Shown here one piece after another: positions 29,390-40,600 of a stretch of DNA of 64,000 nucleotides (the stretch's first letter is position 1; the number at the start of each line of letters is the position of its first letter). The position numbers and the translations under genes were made by a program. Location: positions 2,578,155-2,642,154 of the forward strand of contig CP070695.1 of NCBI GenBank assembly GCA_020353515.1. Reading direction: 5' to 3'. Below the pieces are notes generated by a model. The model was not told the origin of the DNA. It ran no database searches and was given only the letters and a program-made list of their open reading frames with translations. The stretch comes from Candidatus Heimdallarchaeota archaeon (GTDB lineage: Archaea > Asgardarchaeota > Heimdallarchaeia > Hodarchaeales > Hodarchaeaceae).

Positions 29390-29809
29390 TTATGCAACAA
29401 GAGTAGTAATATCTACCTTGCTTACGCCCTTTATTTCTGCTAATTCGTCTTTTAGTTGCTCTTGTGAGATAGTTAAGTCACTAGAATCTAAGTAGCCTTC
29501 ATACGTACAGCTATCTTGTGTGAAACACAGTCCTGTGCTATAAAGGGTCTTTATTTTACTTCTCATGAAGACAACACCTAACTCTTGCAAAAAGTCAGGG
29601 GACAGCTCACCGATTTCAATTGCTACCTTTACAACTTCCGGACTTTTCGTGGGAATAATCCTAATGATTTTTGTTGAGGGAGCAAGGATCATTACTGCTG
29701 AACTTTCTTCAACATCTTTAGGTCGTAATGTCTCAAGAAAATCAGCTGGAAGGGAAATCGGTTTTGACTCTTGAAGTTGAATCATTTTTGCGATAGTTAC
29801 AGCAGACAT
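29390..29809 (-). CDS. Small protein with C-terminal ACT-like domain
   Basis: VKVAIEIGELSPDFLQELGVVF...LKDELAEIKGVSKVDI beta-alpha-beta-beta-alpha-beta pattern. Confidence 0.55.
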   Translation of the reverse strand: MSAVTIAKMIQLQESKPISLPADFLETLRPKDVEESSAVMILAPSTKIIRIIPTKSPEVVKVAIEIGELSPDFLQELGVVFMRSKIKTLYSTGLCFTQDSCTYEGYLDSSDLTISQEQLKDELAEIKGVSKVDITTLVA

Positions 29810-30458
29810 TTATCATATGGCCTCCGCTATTTCTTCTATTATTCTTTATGATCTTCAGGGGTTTCTTATGTTTTGAGCTGCTTGCATAGCAAAAGCTCTA
29901 TTACAAACAATTTGGATTGATATGTATTTATTAAGGTTTTTATTTTTGCGTGAATTTCAAATTTTTTTGCGAGAAATTCGAATTGAACCTTTACCTCACA
30001 ATATCGAAAATCATTAAGACTGGGTGAAGTTAGGTGTGTTTGTGAGGGCTTGAGAGGTAAGTTCCTCAAAAATATTTTTTGTTAAAAAAACCTATAAAAC
30101 ACCTTTTTAATAGGATCCAATTAATCATCAGTTACGGATTTCAACTTTTTTGAATTAAAATCGCTCAAAAATTTTGATAATTCATTTTTCAGCTTGGATT
30201 ATCTTATTAGAGTGTTTAACTATTTTGGGATCTCTAACTTAAATAGTTTAGTCTAGACCAATTGTAACTTAACTTGATCAGATTGAGTATTCGATGAAAG
30301 AAGATTCTTTAGTTTGAAAAAATGGTGATAATTTACTGATAACAAATTATTGAAAGGTTATTCTTATAAAACACTCATCAGACCTATTTTTTTTGATCAA
30401 ACAACATCCCCTGTTTTACTCCTATTGTGGGTAAGATAATTTTGTGGGGAATTAAGAT

Positions 30459-31085
30459 ATGGTATTAGATAGAGATATTCGGCTAACAATACTTGGAAAT
30501 ACTGGTGTGGGAAAAACTAGTCTCATAAAGCGTTTGAAAGGAGAAGATCCCACAATGACTGAGAAAACCATGGATATTATTGTCGAAAAGAAGAAAATAA
30601 CTCTTCTATCCAGCAGCAGGCAATCAAAACTCTCTTTGGAGCGGTACAGAAAATATAATGTTATTGCAGTGGATAATCCTGGTGACTTCAAATTACGCCG
30701 AAAATGGCGTGATGCGATGAGAAAATACAAAACTGATGGTATTTTATTTATGCTAGATCCTTCACAAGGCATTGAAAGCCAGAGAGTCGCTATGGAAGAT
30801 TCTTTCAACTATTTTCTGGATAGCTTGAGTTTAGATCCTGATAAAGCAGATAAGAAGGCAAAAAAGAAAAAAACTCTCTTTTTTTTTGTAGTAAATAAAA
30901 TGGATACAATTGATAATGACGAAGAGAAAGCAAAAATCTTTCTTGAAAACTTCGATACAGTTATTGAAGACTATAAAATGACATTCCTGTTTGCTAAATT
31001 TGCACAAGCATTCATTAGTGTTCATAAATCGCCATATGAGGAAATCGACTCAATTTTTGAAAAGTGTAAGCAGGCATTATACTGA
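30459..31085 (+). CDS. Divergent small P-loop GTPase
   Basis: G1 GNTGVGKT, G3 DNPGD, GILFMLD, G4 NKMD, G5-like ISVH. Confidence 0.85.
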   Translation: MVLDRDIRLTILGNTGVGKTSLIKRLKGEDPTMTEKTMDIIVEKKKITLLSSSRQSKLSLERYRKYNVIAVDNPGDFKLRRKWRDAMRKYKTDGILFMLDPSQGIESQRVAMEDSFNYFLDSLSLDPDKADKKAKKKKTLFFFVVNKMDTIDNDEEKAKIFLENFDTVIEDYKMTFLFAKFAQAFISVHKSPYEEIDSIFEKCKQALY

Positions 31086-31100
31086 TGGATTCTGACTTGT

Positions 31101-31919
31101 ATGGGAAAAATACATCAAGTAATTGTACGAAATGTTCCTGAAAAAGGGCTAGATGTTGTAGCTACAGATCTGTTAAAGAGTCAAATCCAGAATATTTCCT
31201 TATTTCTTCCAGAAGAAGAACTTTCTGATTTTAATAAAGTATTTTTAACTAAATTTCATCACTCTTCTGGTAATGTTGTCTTACGATTCACATTTGATGA
31301 TGGAACCGACCGTTTTGGACGTCAATCAATTAAAACTCATTCACTTATTATCAACAATGCTTTCTATAATGAGAAAACTCTTCAATACTTTATCTCCCCC
31401 CTGATAAATGGATCTATGAATATTGATGACGATAGAATTTTGGAAAAGAATGATTTTGAAATGCTAGAGACTCATCCAATATCATCAAAATTTACAGAGA
31501 TCATTTTATGTAAAAAACGAATTCAACTGACTAGTCAAAAAGAAATAGACCCAACTGTTCTAATTCAATTATTCGGATCTTTTGATCGTTTAATACCTCC
31601 TCCGTTGAATCCGTCCTTTTCATTCCAAACTATGGTTTTTCCAGGTCACAAAAATACAATTAAAACTCATGATCTAATTTTCTCAATCGAAAAATTACCC
31701 CATTCACAATCAATCGAAAAAATTCAAACAGAAAAATCTGAATTTACAACTATTCAAGCAATAACTGATTCTATTTCAGATTTACCCTTGCTTAGGCAAC
31801 TACAACGGCAATTATTCTTAGAGATCCCAGAAAGATGGCTGAGAATAAAGATTCAATGGCGATTTGGAGTCAAAAAATTTTCTGATATTCGAGAGAATAT
31901 AAATAACTATTTTACATAA
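31101..31919 (+). CDS. GTPase-associated protein, GAP1-N/GAP1-M (DENN-like) candidate
   Basis: GTDRFGRQSIKTHSLII and IILCKKRIQL...FDRLIPPPLNPSFSFQT motifs; 15 bp after the GTPase. Confidence 0.55.
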   Translation: MGKIHQVIVRNVPEKGLDVVATDLLKSQIQNISLFLPEEELSDFNKVFLTKFHHSSGNVVLRFTFDDGTDRFGRQSIKTHSLIINNAFYNEKTLQYFISPLINGSMNIDDDRILEKNDFEMLETHPISSKFTEIILCKKRIQLTSQKEIDPTVLIQLFGSFDRLIPPPLNPSFSFQTMVFPGHKNTIKTHDLIFSIEKLPHSQSIEKIQTEKSEFTTIQAITDSISDLPLLRQLQRQLFLEIPERWLRIKIQWRFGVKKFSDIRENINNYFT

Positions 31920-32135
31920 TTATTTCTTAGATTTGTCGTCTTTCAGAAGTTTACGTATACTTTGGACTACATCAGGATCAGGATCCTCTAAAACAGCTTT
32001 CTTTAAATTCACTTCACACCTCGAGAGATTATATTTTGCAAGATATTGAGCTGCAAACATCCGCTCGAATTTATCAGGGTCCTCATGTAGTTTTTTTATC
32101 AGTATTTCAACGTTTTTTCGATTTTGTTTTGTCAA
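31920..32135 (-). CDS. Small HEAT-repeat protein
   Basis: LHEDPDKFERMFAAQYL...VLEDPDPDVVQSIRKLL. Confidence 0.65.
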   Translation of the reverse strand: MTKQNRKNVEILIKKLHEDPDKFERMFAAQYLAKYNLSRCEVNLKKAVLEDPDPDVVQSIRKLLKDDKSKK

Positions 32136-32277
32136 TTCACCATTTAAATTTGATCATACTAGAACATAATAAGTTCTGTCTTATGAAGAGAATAAGAATA
32201 CCATTTCATACAGGGGGAAATAGATTTATCATCTGACATCTCTCCCTGTTATCGATCCAATATCTAGGGATAAAATA

Positions 32278-32988
32278 GTGAACTCGAAAATTACTTCCGC
32301 CCTAAGCTCGGAAAGAATAGATGCTATTCTAACAAGTTTGTCACATGGCTCTAAAGAGCTAAATGATCCTCTAGTGACCAAGATTTCTAAAACTCGGAAA
32401 GATCCTTTTCGTATTTTAATTGCTACAATTTTAAGTCTAAGAACCAAAGATGAAATGACGTTCAAGGCTAGTCAACGTCTTTTTGCTCGAGCCGTAACTC
32501 CTTCTGATATTCTTGCTATTCCACTTGAAGAGCTTGAAGAGATAATTTTTTCTGTAGGTTTTTACAGACAAAAAGCAAGAACTATACATGATATCTGTAA
32601 ACGATTAATTGAGGAATATGCTGGTAATGTTCCAGATTCTTTAGACGAACTACTCAAATTTAAGGGTGTAGGGCGTAAAACTGCAAATTTAGTTATTACA
32701 AAAGGATTTAACAAACCAGGGATATGTGTTGATGTTCATGTTGCTCGTATAACACAAAGGATTGGTATTGTACCGATCAAAGGGGAAAATGACAATAAAC
32801 CTATCTTTTATGACGCAGATCGGGTTGAAATGATATTGAGAGAGATTCTACCAAAGAAATGGTGGATTCCAATCAATGACATTCTAGTTCGATGGGGGCA
32901 AAATATTTGTACACCAATCAGTCCCAAATGCACTCAATGTGTCATTAATGATTCTTGTTTAAAAATTGGTGTTCAAAAACACCGTTAA
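32278..32988 (+). CDS. nth: Endonuclease III
   Basis: PFRILIATILS, HhH FKGVGRKTAN, VDVHV, C-x6-C-x2-C-x5-C. Confidence 0.95.
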   Translation: MNSKITSALSSERIDAILTSLSHGSKELNDPLVTKISKTRKDPFRILIATILSLRTKDEMTFKASQRLFARAVTPSDILAIPLEELEEIIFSVGFYRQKARTIHDICKRLIEEYAGNVPDSLDELLKFKGVGRKTANLVITKGFNKPGICVDVHVARITQRIGIVPIKGENDNKPIFYDADRVEMILREILPKKWWIPINDILVRWGQNICTPISPKCTQCVINDSCLKIGVQKHR

Positions 32989-34154
32989 TAATATATTTTA
33001 GATTGCCTAATGGTTCGGTAAGAGCCTGAAACATACTTTTCAGTGTCTTGACCTCCACGGAACTGATTTGTATCGAATCCATTACTCTTAGCAATGGAAT
33101 AAGTCAAAAATTCAATTGGTATGGTATATACCAAAGGAGACAATACGTCGTTCTTAGGTGTTTCAATGAGTACATAATGAGGATCGATCTTAGTCTCTCT
33201 ATATATATCTGGATTCACTAAAACAATTGTCTTTGAACCAATTACATCTCGAATCACAGGTTCTACTTCCCTTATACGTTCAAATGTTGGAAAATCTGGG
33301 GCTATGAATATCACAAGACTGTTTTCAGTTGTAATAAAATAATTTGTGTGACAATACTCTTCTATATCACAAGCATATCCATTCAAGGAGAATTCAAACA
33401 TTTTATAAGATCCAAATAACCCAGTTGGACCATTAGCCCCTGATGATACAAAAATAACTTTATCTACCGTCCGGCCGAGGTCATTACCTAGTTTAAGAAA
33501 ACTACTTCGCTGATTTATAGTTATCTTAACTAATTGAAAGGTTTCTCGGATATGCGAAAATACGACTGCTTTTTGTGAAGAAAAATACGCTACTAGTAAG
33601 CTTTGAACAGCCAGATTTGCTAAGTAAGTTTTGGTTTGCGCTACATCGTGGTGATACCCCGTATATTCTTTTGCACCTTCGGTAACATAGGAGGAAGTTT
33701 CTAATGTTTCTGGAGGGGAAGCATGGATAAACAACGTGTGGTCGGTTTCCGCAGCGACTTGTCCTTGAGGATTATCAGTTATCCCTATTGTTTTAGCTCC
33801 AAACTTATTTGCAAAACGGAGCGCTTCAACTACTCTTGGTGTGTTTCCAGAAACAGAAAGACCAATAACAACGCTTTTTGGTAAAAATTGGGGATCAGAA
33901 TAATTCACAAATTCAAATGGAGCATAATATCGAATATCAAGGTCAGGTCGCCATCTTTGCCCAATGTGCGCCCCATACCAAGCAGCACAATAACTATCAC
34001 CTGATCCAGTGAAAATAATCCGTTCAATATCGCTTTGGATTATGAATTTTCCAATATTCTTTATATTCGTATCATCATATAGCGAATCAAGGATTCTAGG
34101 TTGTTCTAACATTTCTGAAAGCATGAAGTCTGGATTTTTAACTGTTTCTGACAT
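32985..34154 (-). CDS. SIS-domain sugar-phosphate isomerase/deglycase (GlmS/FrlB-like)
   Basis: MLSEMLEQP, GSGDS, SVSGNT, ITDN, TKTY, EEYCH; start chosen at ATG 34154. Confidence 0.85.
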   Translation of the reverse strand: MSETVKNPDFMLSEMLEQPRILDSLYDDTNIKNIGKFIIQSDIERIIFTGSGDSYCAAWYGAHIGQRWRPDLDIRYYAPFEFVNYSDPQFLPKSVVIGLSVSGNTPRVVEALRFANKFGAKTIGITDNPQGQVAAETDHTLFIHASPPETLETSSYVTEGAKEYTGYHHDVAQTKTYLANLAVQSLLVAYFSSQKAVVFSHIRETFQLVKITINQRSSFLKLGNDLGRTVDKVIFVSSGANGPTGLFGSYKMFEFSLNGYACDIEEYCHTNYFITTENSLVIFIAPDFPTFERIREVEPVIRDVIGSKTIVLVNPDIYRETKIDPHYVLIETPKNDVLSPLVYTIPIEFLTYSIAKSNGFDTNQFRGGQDTEKYVSGSYRTIRQSKIYY

Positions 34155-34325
34155 GGATTCAGTCCTCTCAAAAGAAAATTTGCCCTTATAATAGTAATCC
34201 ACGAAAATTCGTTTTGCAAAAAGAAGTTTATTATCCAATATTCCCAATTTAAAGAGAGATTAGAAACTCAACCTCCCCTCACTGTGATCTTTCTCCAGAT
34301 CGTTTAGGTCACTTTGAGGCAGAAA

Positions 34326-35294
34326 TTAATCATTTTTTCTTCTGTACACAAATAATAACAATGGAACTATCAGAACCAAGCTTAGGACAGAAAAACCTGG
34401 AGTAGATAGTGCAGTGGGACCTTCAAATGTAATATCCTCTTCATAAACAGGTACCCACCTATATCGTATGTTACCGTCTGGCGACCAATTTATTAATATC
34501 CCTAGGTTGCAGGTTACATTTTCATATACTGTGATAGCACAGGAAAATGTAACTTCCTCATCTGAATCAATTTCAAATGCTTGAGCGGGCACCACATACA
34601 GAGTAACATTTGTTTCGTAATCCAATCCCCATTCTACTACTTTTCTCGTGAAATCTCTTTCAACAGACTTTCCATTAACTACGAAATCATCAACATGCAA
34701 TTTGTGTGAGTACAGAACAAGTTCAATATTTGGGCTAGGGTGTTTTCTAAGAGCAGTAACACTCATTCCGATTTGTGCTGAGTCACTATCAGCCATGTAG
34801 AGAAAGTGGGTTTCGCTGCCCAATGTAAATGTTTTGGGTTTTCCATTGATATAATATGTTCGATTGAAAAATGGCGCATCAACATGGTCGCTTAGTGCGT
34901 AAACATAAGTACCATCGATTGTTGCATCCCATGGACGAGAGGGACTAGGAGTCCAAGTCACAGTAAAAGAATCTGTTTTATCTCCATCACCATTTAGATC
35001 GAAATCTACGTTATTTTCTTTTAGAGTTCCATTTCCTTCATCAAGTTCAAGTTCGTAAAAAGTAGTTTCCCAAAAAATAGGTACTTCTCCTGTGGTTGCG
35101 GGATCACCTGTGTTTTTAAATGTTACATTTAACTGAGTAACACCATTTCCTATTACTGTGAAGGATGGTTCGTTCGCTAAATCCGCAAAATCTGGCATAT
35201 TAATTGATTGGAGCTTGTTAGGATGAGAAGTAACCACCCCATTACTCATAATAAATATTATAGCCAATCCTATCAACATTATTTCTCGTTTCAT
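34326..35294 (-). CDS. Secreted surface protein with C-terminal PGF-TM-basic sorting signal
   Basis: Signal peptide; DLNGDGDKTD Ca-binding-like loop; TPGFSVLSLVLIVPLLLFVYRRKND. Confidence 0.8.
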   Translation of the reverse strand: MKREIMLIGLAIIFIMSNGVVTSHPNKLQSINMPDFADLANEPSFTVIGNGVTQLNVTFKNTGDPATTGEVPIFWETTFYELELDEGNGTLKENNVDFDLNGDGDKTDSFTVTWTPSPSRPWDATIDGTYVYALSDHVDAPFFNRTYYINGKPKTFTLGSETHFLYMADSDSAQIGMSVTALRKHPSPNIELVLYSHKLHVDDFVVNGKSVERDFTRKVVEWGLDYETNVTLYVVPAQAFEIDSDEEVTFSCAITVYENVTCNLGILINWSPDGNIRYRWVPVYEEDITFEGPTALSTPGFSVLSLVLIVPLLLFVYRRKND

Positions 35295-35397
35295 TCTTTT
35301 TTCCCTTCTTACTCATAAATAAATTTGATGAGAAGTATAAGACATAATAGAGACCGAATAACTATTTTAAGTTTTCTTCGGAAGAAAAATTCAATAT

Positions 35398-37626
35398 TTA
35401 ATCGAAAAAGTTTTCTAAATCAACCCCAAGCCTACTTTCAGTTCTAGTAGACTCCGTTAATTCTTTTGCTAATTCCAGCGTAGTTTTTGCCAGTTCTGTT
35501 CCAAAACCTGACATCTGGCTCAGTTCAGAAACACTAAGATTTAATAACATATGGATGTCACGAATACCGTGCTCTAATAAAATACGGGCTCTTTTCCTCC
35601 CTATTCCTTTAATTCGGGTCAAACTTACAGCATCACTCTTTATTCCATATTTAACCCTATCACTTAAGGAATAAGCAGCTTTCATATAAATTTCATATTT
35701 CTCATTTTTTCTTCTCTTCAATTGAGCAATTTCAGCTGCTGCGGATATAATCCACGTTGCTGTTTCTACGATCCTTTGGATATCACCCGAACCTATCTTG
35801 TACCGCATGATTAGGCGTTCAACTGGCAATTCTTTTATCCAATCCCATAGAAAAAGCACTGTACGGAAATCACGTAAGCGAAACTCATATTCAATATCTA
35901 TTGGCTCGGGAACATCTTCAATCAGTCTAGAAGTGAATCGATCAAATCTTTTTACAGTGATTTTCTCATCACTCTTACGAAATGACAGTGTAACCATATC
36001 AGGGGTGCCCATAATCAGATCAAGAATTGCTACTGGATGAATCTTTGACATGGATTTTTCTATGGCTTTAGCAAGGCCATCTGCAATAGTTGCTGCTGTT
36101 TCAGGATCTAGATAGAGCTGACTTACACGAAGACCGTAGAGAGTAGCCTCAAGAGTTTCATTGGTATCGAGAGGTTTAATCATCTCCCATCCTATGAGAA
36201 GATCAATTACTTCTCTGATTTTTCCCTCCAGAAATACTGCTTCAAATTGAAAACCATAAAATGTTTTTTCAAAGAATTGTAATAAATCATGAACTGTCGG
36301 AACAACCTTTGATGCAATCAATCCTAAAACCGCTCGTCGTAATGCAGGTCTGGCTGCTAATTTTGAATATACTGCTTCTGGGTCACGGAGGATATACCGA
36401 TCCATCAACCAATTTACAGCTCTATCCTGTTTAGCTAATAGTAGTGCTTCTCCTTCACTGTCAAATTGAGGTCTACCAGCTCTACCGCTCATCTGTTTGT
36501 ATTCTAGGGTCTTGATAGGATGAGATCCTTCCTCAATAGAGTATCTATAGACACTAGAAACCACTACACGTTTAGCAGGCAAATTGACGCCTGCAGCAAG
36601 TGTGGGGGTGGCGCAAAGGACTTTAATCAACCCTTTTTTGAACGCTTGTTCAACCAGATCTCGCTGTCGAGAATTTAGTCCTGCATGATGGAATGTCACT
36701 CCGCGTTTAGTTGTTTCTGCAAGCTTCAAAGAGAGAGGGTCAGAAAGATTTCGTACAATATGAGAAGAAAGATCAGCTAGGTGTTTTGCCTCCCTTGGTT
36801 CAATCAGAGGCTCAACATTTATTCCAATTCTTTCTGCAGTTGAAACTGCGGATCTTCTAGAAGGAGTAAAAATCAATATTTGTTCCTGGGAATGAACAGA
36901 ATCAAGGGCAATATTCGTTAGCTGATCTTTCCGCCTGAAAGGTACTTCCCTTGAAGTAAAATCTGCATAGGTAATTTGATCCTCAAAGTATATTCCTTCT
37001 TTTAAGGGGACTGGTCTCCAATCACTTTGAACTAACTTCGCTTCCAACCATTCTGCCAAATCATCCGCATTTCCAATAGTTGCGCTTAAAGCGAGTATTT
37101 GAGAGTGAGCATTTTCAGTCAACAATCTAGCCATTAATATTTCTAAAGTTGGTCCTCTATGCTGATCATTTAATAAATGACATTCATCAATGACAATAAG
37201 GCTTACCTGATCTCTTATCCAACTGACTTGATGCCGTAAAAGCGCATCCATTTTTTCATTCGTTGAAACAATGATATCGTATCTAGGAAGATAACTATCA
37301 GCTGAATCATAGTCTCCAGAAGTGACAGCGATACGAATTCCAAGAGTTTCGAATCGCTTCAGATTGTTAAACTTCTCTGATGCTAATGCTCGTAGTGGAC
37401 ATAGATATATTACTTTCCCACCAAGTTCAATCACATGTTTTAATGCTGCCAGTTCCGCTAGTAGTGTTTTCCCAGCAGCTGTTGGGATAGAAATAACGAG
37501 ATTCTCCCCAGTTAATAATCCTTGGTTTATAGCTTCAACTTGTGGAGGAAAAAGCTCTCTAATGCCATCTTGCTCTATTATCACCTTTTTAATTCGATCA
37601 TCCAGAGCAAGTGACTCAATAAGCAT
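35398..37626 (-). CDS. hel308: Ski2-like DNA helicase Hel308/Hjm
   Basis: PTAAGKT, PLRALA, DECH, SAT, FHHAGL, TLAAGVNLPA, QMSGRAGRP, C-terminal HhH. Confidence 0.95.
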   Translation of the reverse strand: MLIESLALDDRIKKVIIEQDGIRELFPPQVEAINQGLLTGENLVISIPTAAGKTLLAELAALKHVIELGGKVIYLCPLRALASEKFNNLKRFETLGIRIAVTSGDYDSADSYLPRYDIIVSTNEKMDALLRHQVSWIRDQVSLIVIDECHLLNDQHRGPTLEILMARLLTENAHSQILALSATIGNADDLAEWLEAKLVQSDWRPVPLKEGIYFEDQITYADFTSREVPFRRKDQLTNIALDSVHSQEQILIFTPSRRSAVSTAERIGINVEPLIEPREAKHLADLSSHIVRNLSDPLSLKLAETTKRGVTFHHAGLNSRQRDLVEQAFKKGLIKVLCATPTLAAGVNLPAKRVVVSSVYRYSIEEGSHPIKTLEYKQMSGRAGRPQFDSEGEALLLAKQDRAVNWLMDRYILRDPEAVYSKLAARPALRRAVLGLIASKVVPTVHDLLQFFEKTFYGFQFEAVFLEGKIREVIDLLIGWEMIKPLDTNETLEATLYGLRVSQLYLDPETAATIADGLAKAIEKSMSKIHPVAILDLIMGTPDMVTLSFRKSDEKITVKRFDRFTSRLIEDVPEPIDIEYEFRLRDFRTVLFLWDWIKELPVERLIMRYKIGSGDIQRIVETATWIISAAAEIAQLKRRKNEKYEIYMKAAYSLSDRVKYGIKSDAVSLTRIKGIGRKRARILLEHGIRDIHMLLNLSVSELSQMSGFGTELAKTTLELAKELTESTRTESRLGVDLENFFD

Positions 37627-37649
37627 AAATAACCCATATTAAGCTATTA

Positions 37650-40600
37650 TTAAGGGCGTTTGACAAAACCTTGCTGGGGTTCAAACAAAATCCCACGACG
37701 TGTCATTTCATCGATTGCTTTTACGACTTGATTCTTATTGAGACCTTCCTCCATCGCTCGATCAATAATGTCTTTAATCGCTACTGGTTCATCCTCCTCA
37801 ACCTCTCCCAGCATCTTATCAATCAAGGCATCTATCCGATCCAATTGCCTTCTTGATCTCGCACTTATCCCAGAAGCATATTTATCAATGTCTAATTTAC
37901 CAGTCTCCGTATCCTTTGCCAATTTTTCTAGTGTTGCATTCATCAAATTAACAGCACCAGAGGCATCATCGTACGTCACCTCATTACTAAGCCGCATTTT
38001 AGCTCGTGCTTCAGCCAATCGTACTAATGATTCTAATTGCCGAGGAGTGATGGCAATTGGTTCAAGCTGACCCTCCTCCACCTTCCCACTTGATCGGCGT
38101 AGTTCTTTGTAATATTCTAATAAACGTTCTTCAGCTTCGTCTGAAAGACGAGGATGAATTTCTCGTCTTGCATAAGCAATATACTTTCGTAATAAATCCT
38201 GTTCAATTGGAGGACTTGTAGTAAGAGTTTGGGATTTGTGTAACTTTAGAACATGAGTAGCTAAATCATGGTCTTCTTTCAAATCAGGTTTATCCTCCAA
38301 GACAAAAATCAAATCAAATCGGGATAGGATTGTTGGAGGAAGATTTAAATTGTCCGCAGTTGCTTTGAAGGGATTCCATCTTCCTCTTCGAGGGTTAGCA
38401 GCAGCTAAAATTGATGTTCGCGCATTAAGGGTAGCTACTATCCCTGCTTTTGCTATAGATATCGTGTTATGAAGAACAATCCCTTGATTGATGAAAGTCT
38501 GCGTAGGACTAACAGTGACATCATAGACCCAATTCGTCTTGTTTTGACCAGTATTCCGAATTCGTCGTATTTCATTAACCCGTAACCAACGAAATTGTTT
38601 TAGCTTTTCAATATACAGTAATGCTTTCTGAACGTTTTTGATTTCTTCTGTGAAGGCCTCTTTCGCTTGTAATAAGACTTGATTTCTCCTTTCAAGAACA
38701 TATCCCCCCCTTTCAATGTAATCAATAGAGCCACGACCATTTCCAGTTATTTGACCTATTCTTTGCTGAGAATAATTAGTAATATGCCGAAACTCTTGAA
38801 TATTTGTAACATATGTTATTTCATTCTTCAACTCATTAATTCTAGTATTCAAGAGATCTAGGTAGCGATCAATAACTGGTATAATTATTCCACAATTTTC
38901 TTTAAATGCTTGTTGGAAATATCCATTATAAGGAATACCTAATTTCTTCATACATCGCTTAATTATATGACCAACGCCTGATGGGAGGACATCATGCCCC
39001 CTAGTCTTAAGACTTCGTTTTAGTAGATATTTTATTTTTTGATGGTTCACTTCAGGTATTATTAATTCAGAAAATGATTTTAGACTATCTCCTCTAATAT
39101 AAACTTTGTATCGCGTTCTCCTTTGCTTACTTTTTGGTGTAAGATATTCACTTGAGATAATTCTTGTCTGAATACCTAAACTCAAGAGAAGATCCTGATA
39201 ATCTTCAGCTAATTTCTTAGAAGAGGTTGAATATGCTGCAGCCTCACTCTCAATTGCTCCATCCCCATGAAAGGCTGTATTTAGAAAGGCTATCTTTTTG
39301 TCTTCACCTGAACTGAAAATTTTATGTGGAATACTCTTCTCTAAACTCTTTTTCATCAATTCAGAAAAATTTTTTTGCATATAATTGAAAACAGATTTAG
39401 ATATAATGCGTAAAACGCGTCCCTGTTTAATGTTATCGATGGGTTCAACGTTGAAAGTTTCTAGAATACATTTTTTCATATCTAAAGTTATTTTGGGGTC
39501 AGTGTTACTTAGACCAACTTCTAGGGATGATCCCTCATAGGAATACCCTTCTGCTACAAAATATCCCAAGAATCGTGCGAGAGGTATCTCCATTTTCGAG
39601 GGTAACCTGACTTTTTTCCTACCTTGGTCTATTGATGAATATAATGACTCATCTGTCTGAAAATTCACCATTCTGACAGCAGGGATAAAAACTTTTTCTT
39701 TTACTTCCTCAGCTGAAACCTCATCAACATACTCACCAGAAAACACAAAAATAGGATGCTCTGGTGTAACAGTAATCTCCCTGCCGTTAGAATATTTGAT
39801 TTTTATGAAATAATTTGGTGCGTTATGCCGACTAACATGACTTGGTTTTAAAGGAAAGATACTATCAAAATCGGTTGAAAGCAAAGTGCCAACTGTATTG
39901 TTATCTGACTGAAGAGGGAGAATTTCACAGTTTGTCCCATTGATCACTTTTTCTTTATTACTGTCAAATAAATTGTCAACAAACTGACCAATAGGATATT
40001 TCTTGCCATTAGAAAAAGTTATTTCAAAAGATGGGTGATAAGAATGCTGCTCCATCGCTTCATGAATAGCAGCCCGATCTTCCGCTCGCATTTTATCGAA
40101 TTCATCAACCATCGCGATTCCTTGATCTGCTAGAACTAAAGCTCCTGCTTCAAGGGTGATTTCTCCTGTATCTTGATCCCTTATCACAGCTGCTGTAAGG
40201 CCTGCTGCTGTACTCCCTTTCCCTGTTGTATACAACGCTCGCGGCGCTAATTGTGATACGAACTTAAGAATTTGAGATTTTCCTGTCCCAGGGTCCCCCA
40301 CAATGAGAATATTTGATTCCCCCCTTAACTTCATCCCATCAGGAGTTTCTTTCGGTGTTCCACCAAATAGTAGCGATGCAATTGCCTCTTTTACAAGATC
40401 ATGTCCATAAATTGAGGGAGCCAAAGAATCCCGTATCTTTTCAATGATATAGGGCGATTTAGAGAGATCAATGATTTTCAATTCATCTTCTTCTGAAATT
40501 TGAATATCTACGTATTCTTCAGTTTCTCTCGAAATCGAAACACCATGAAAAAATTTCCCATAGGTAGCTAACTGTCCCCTTTTTAAAAGACGAGTTGCTC

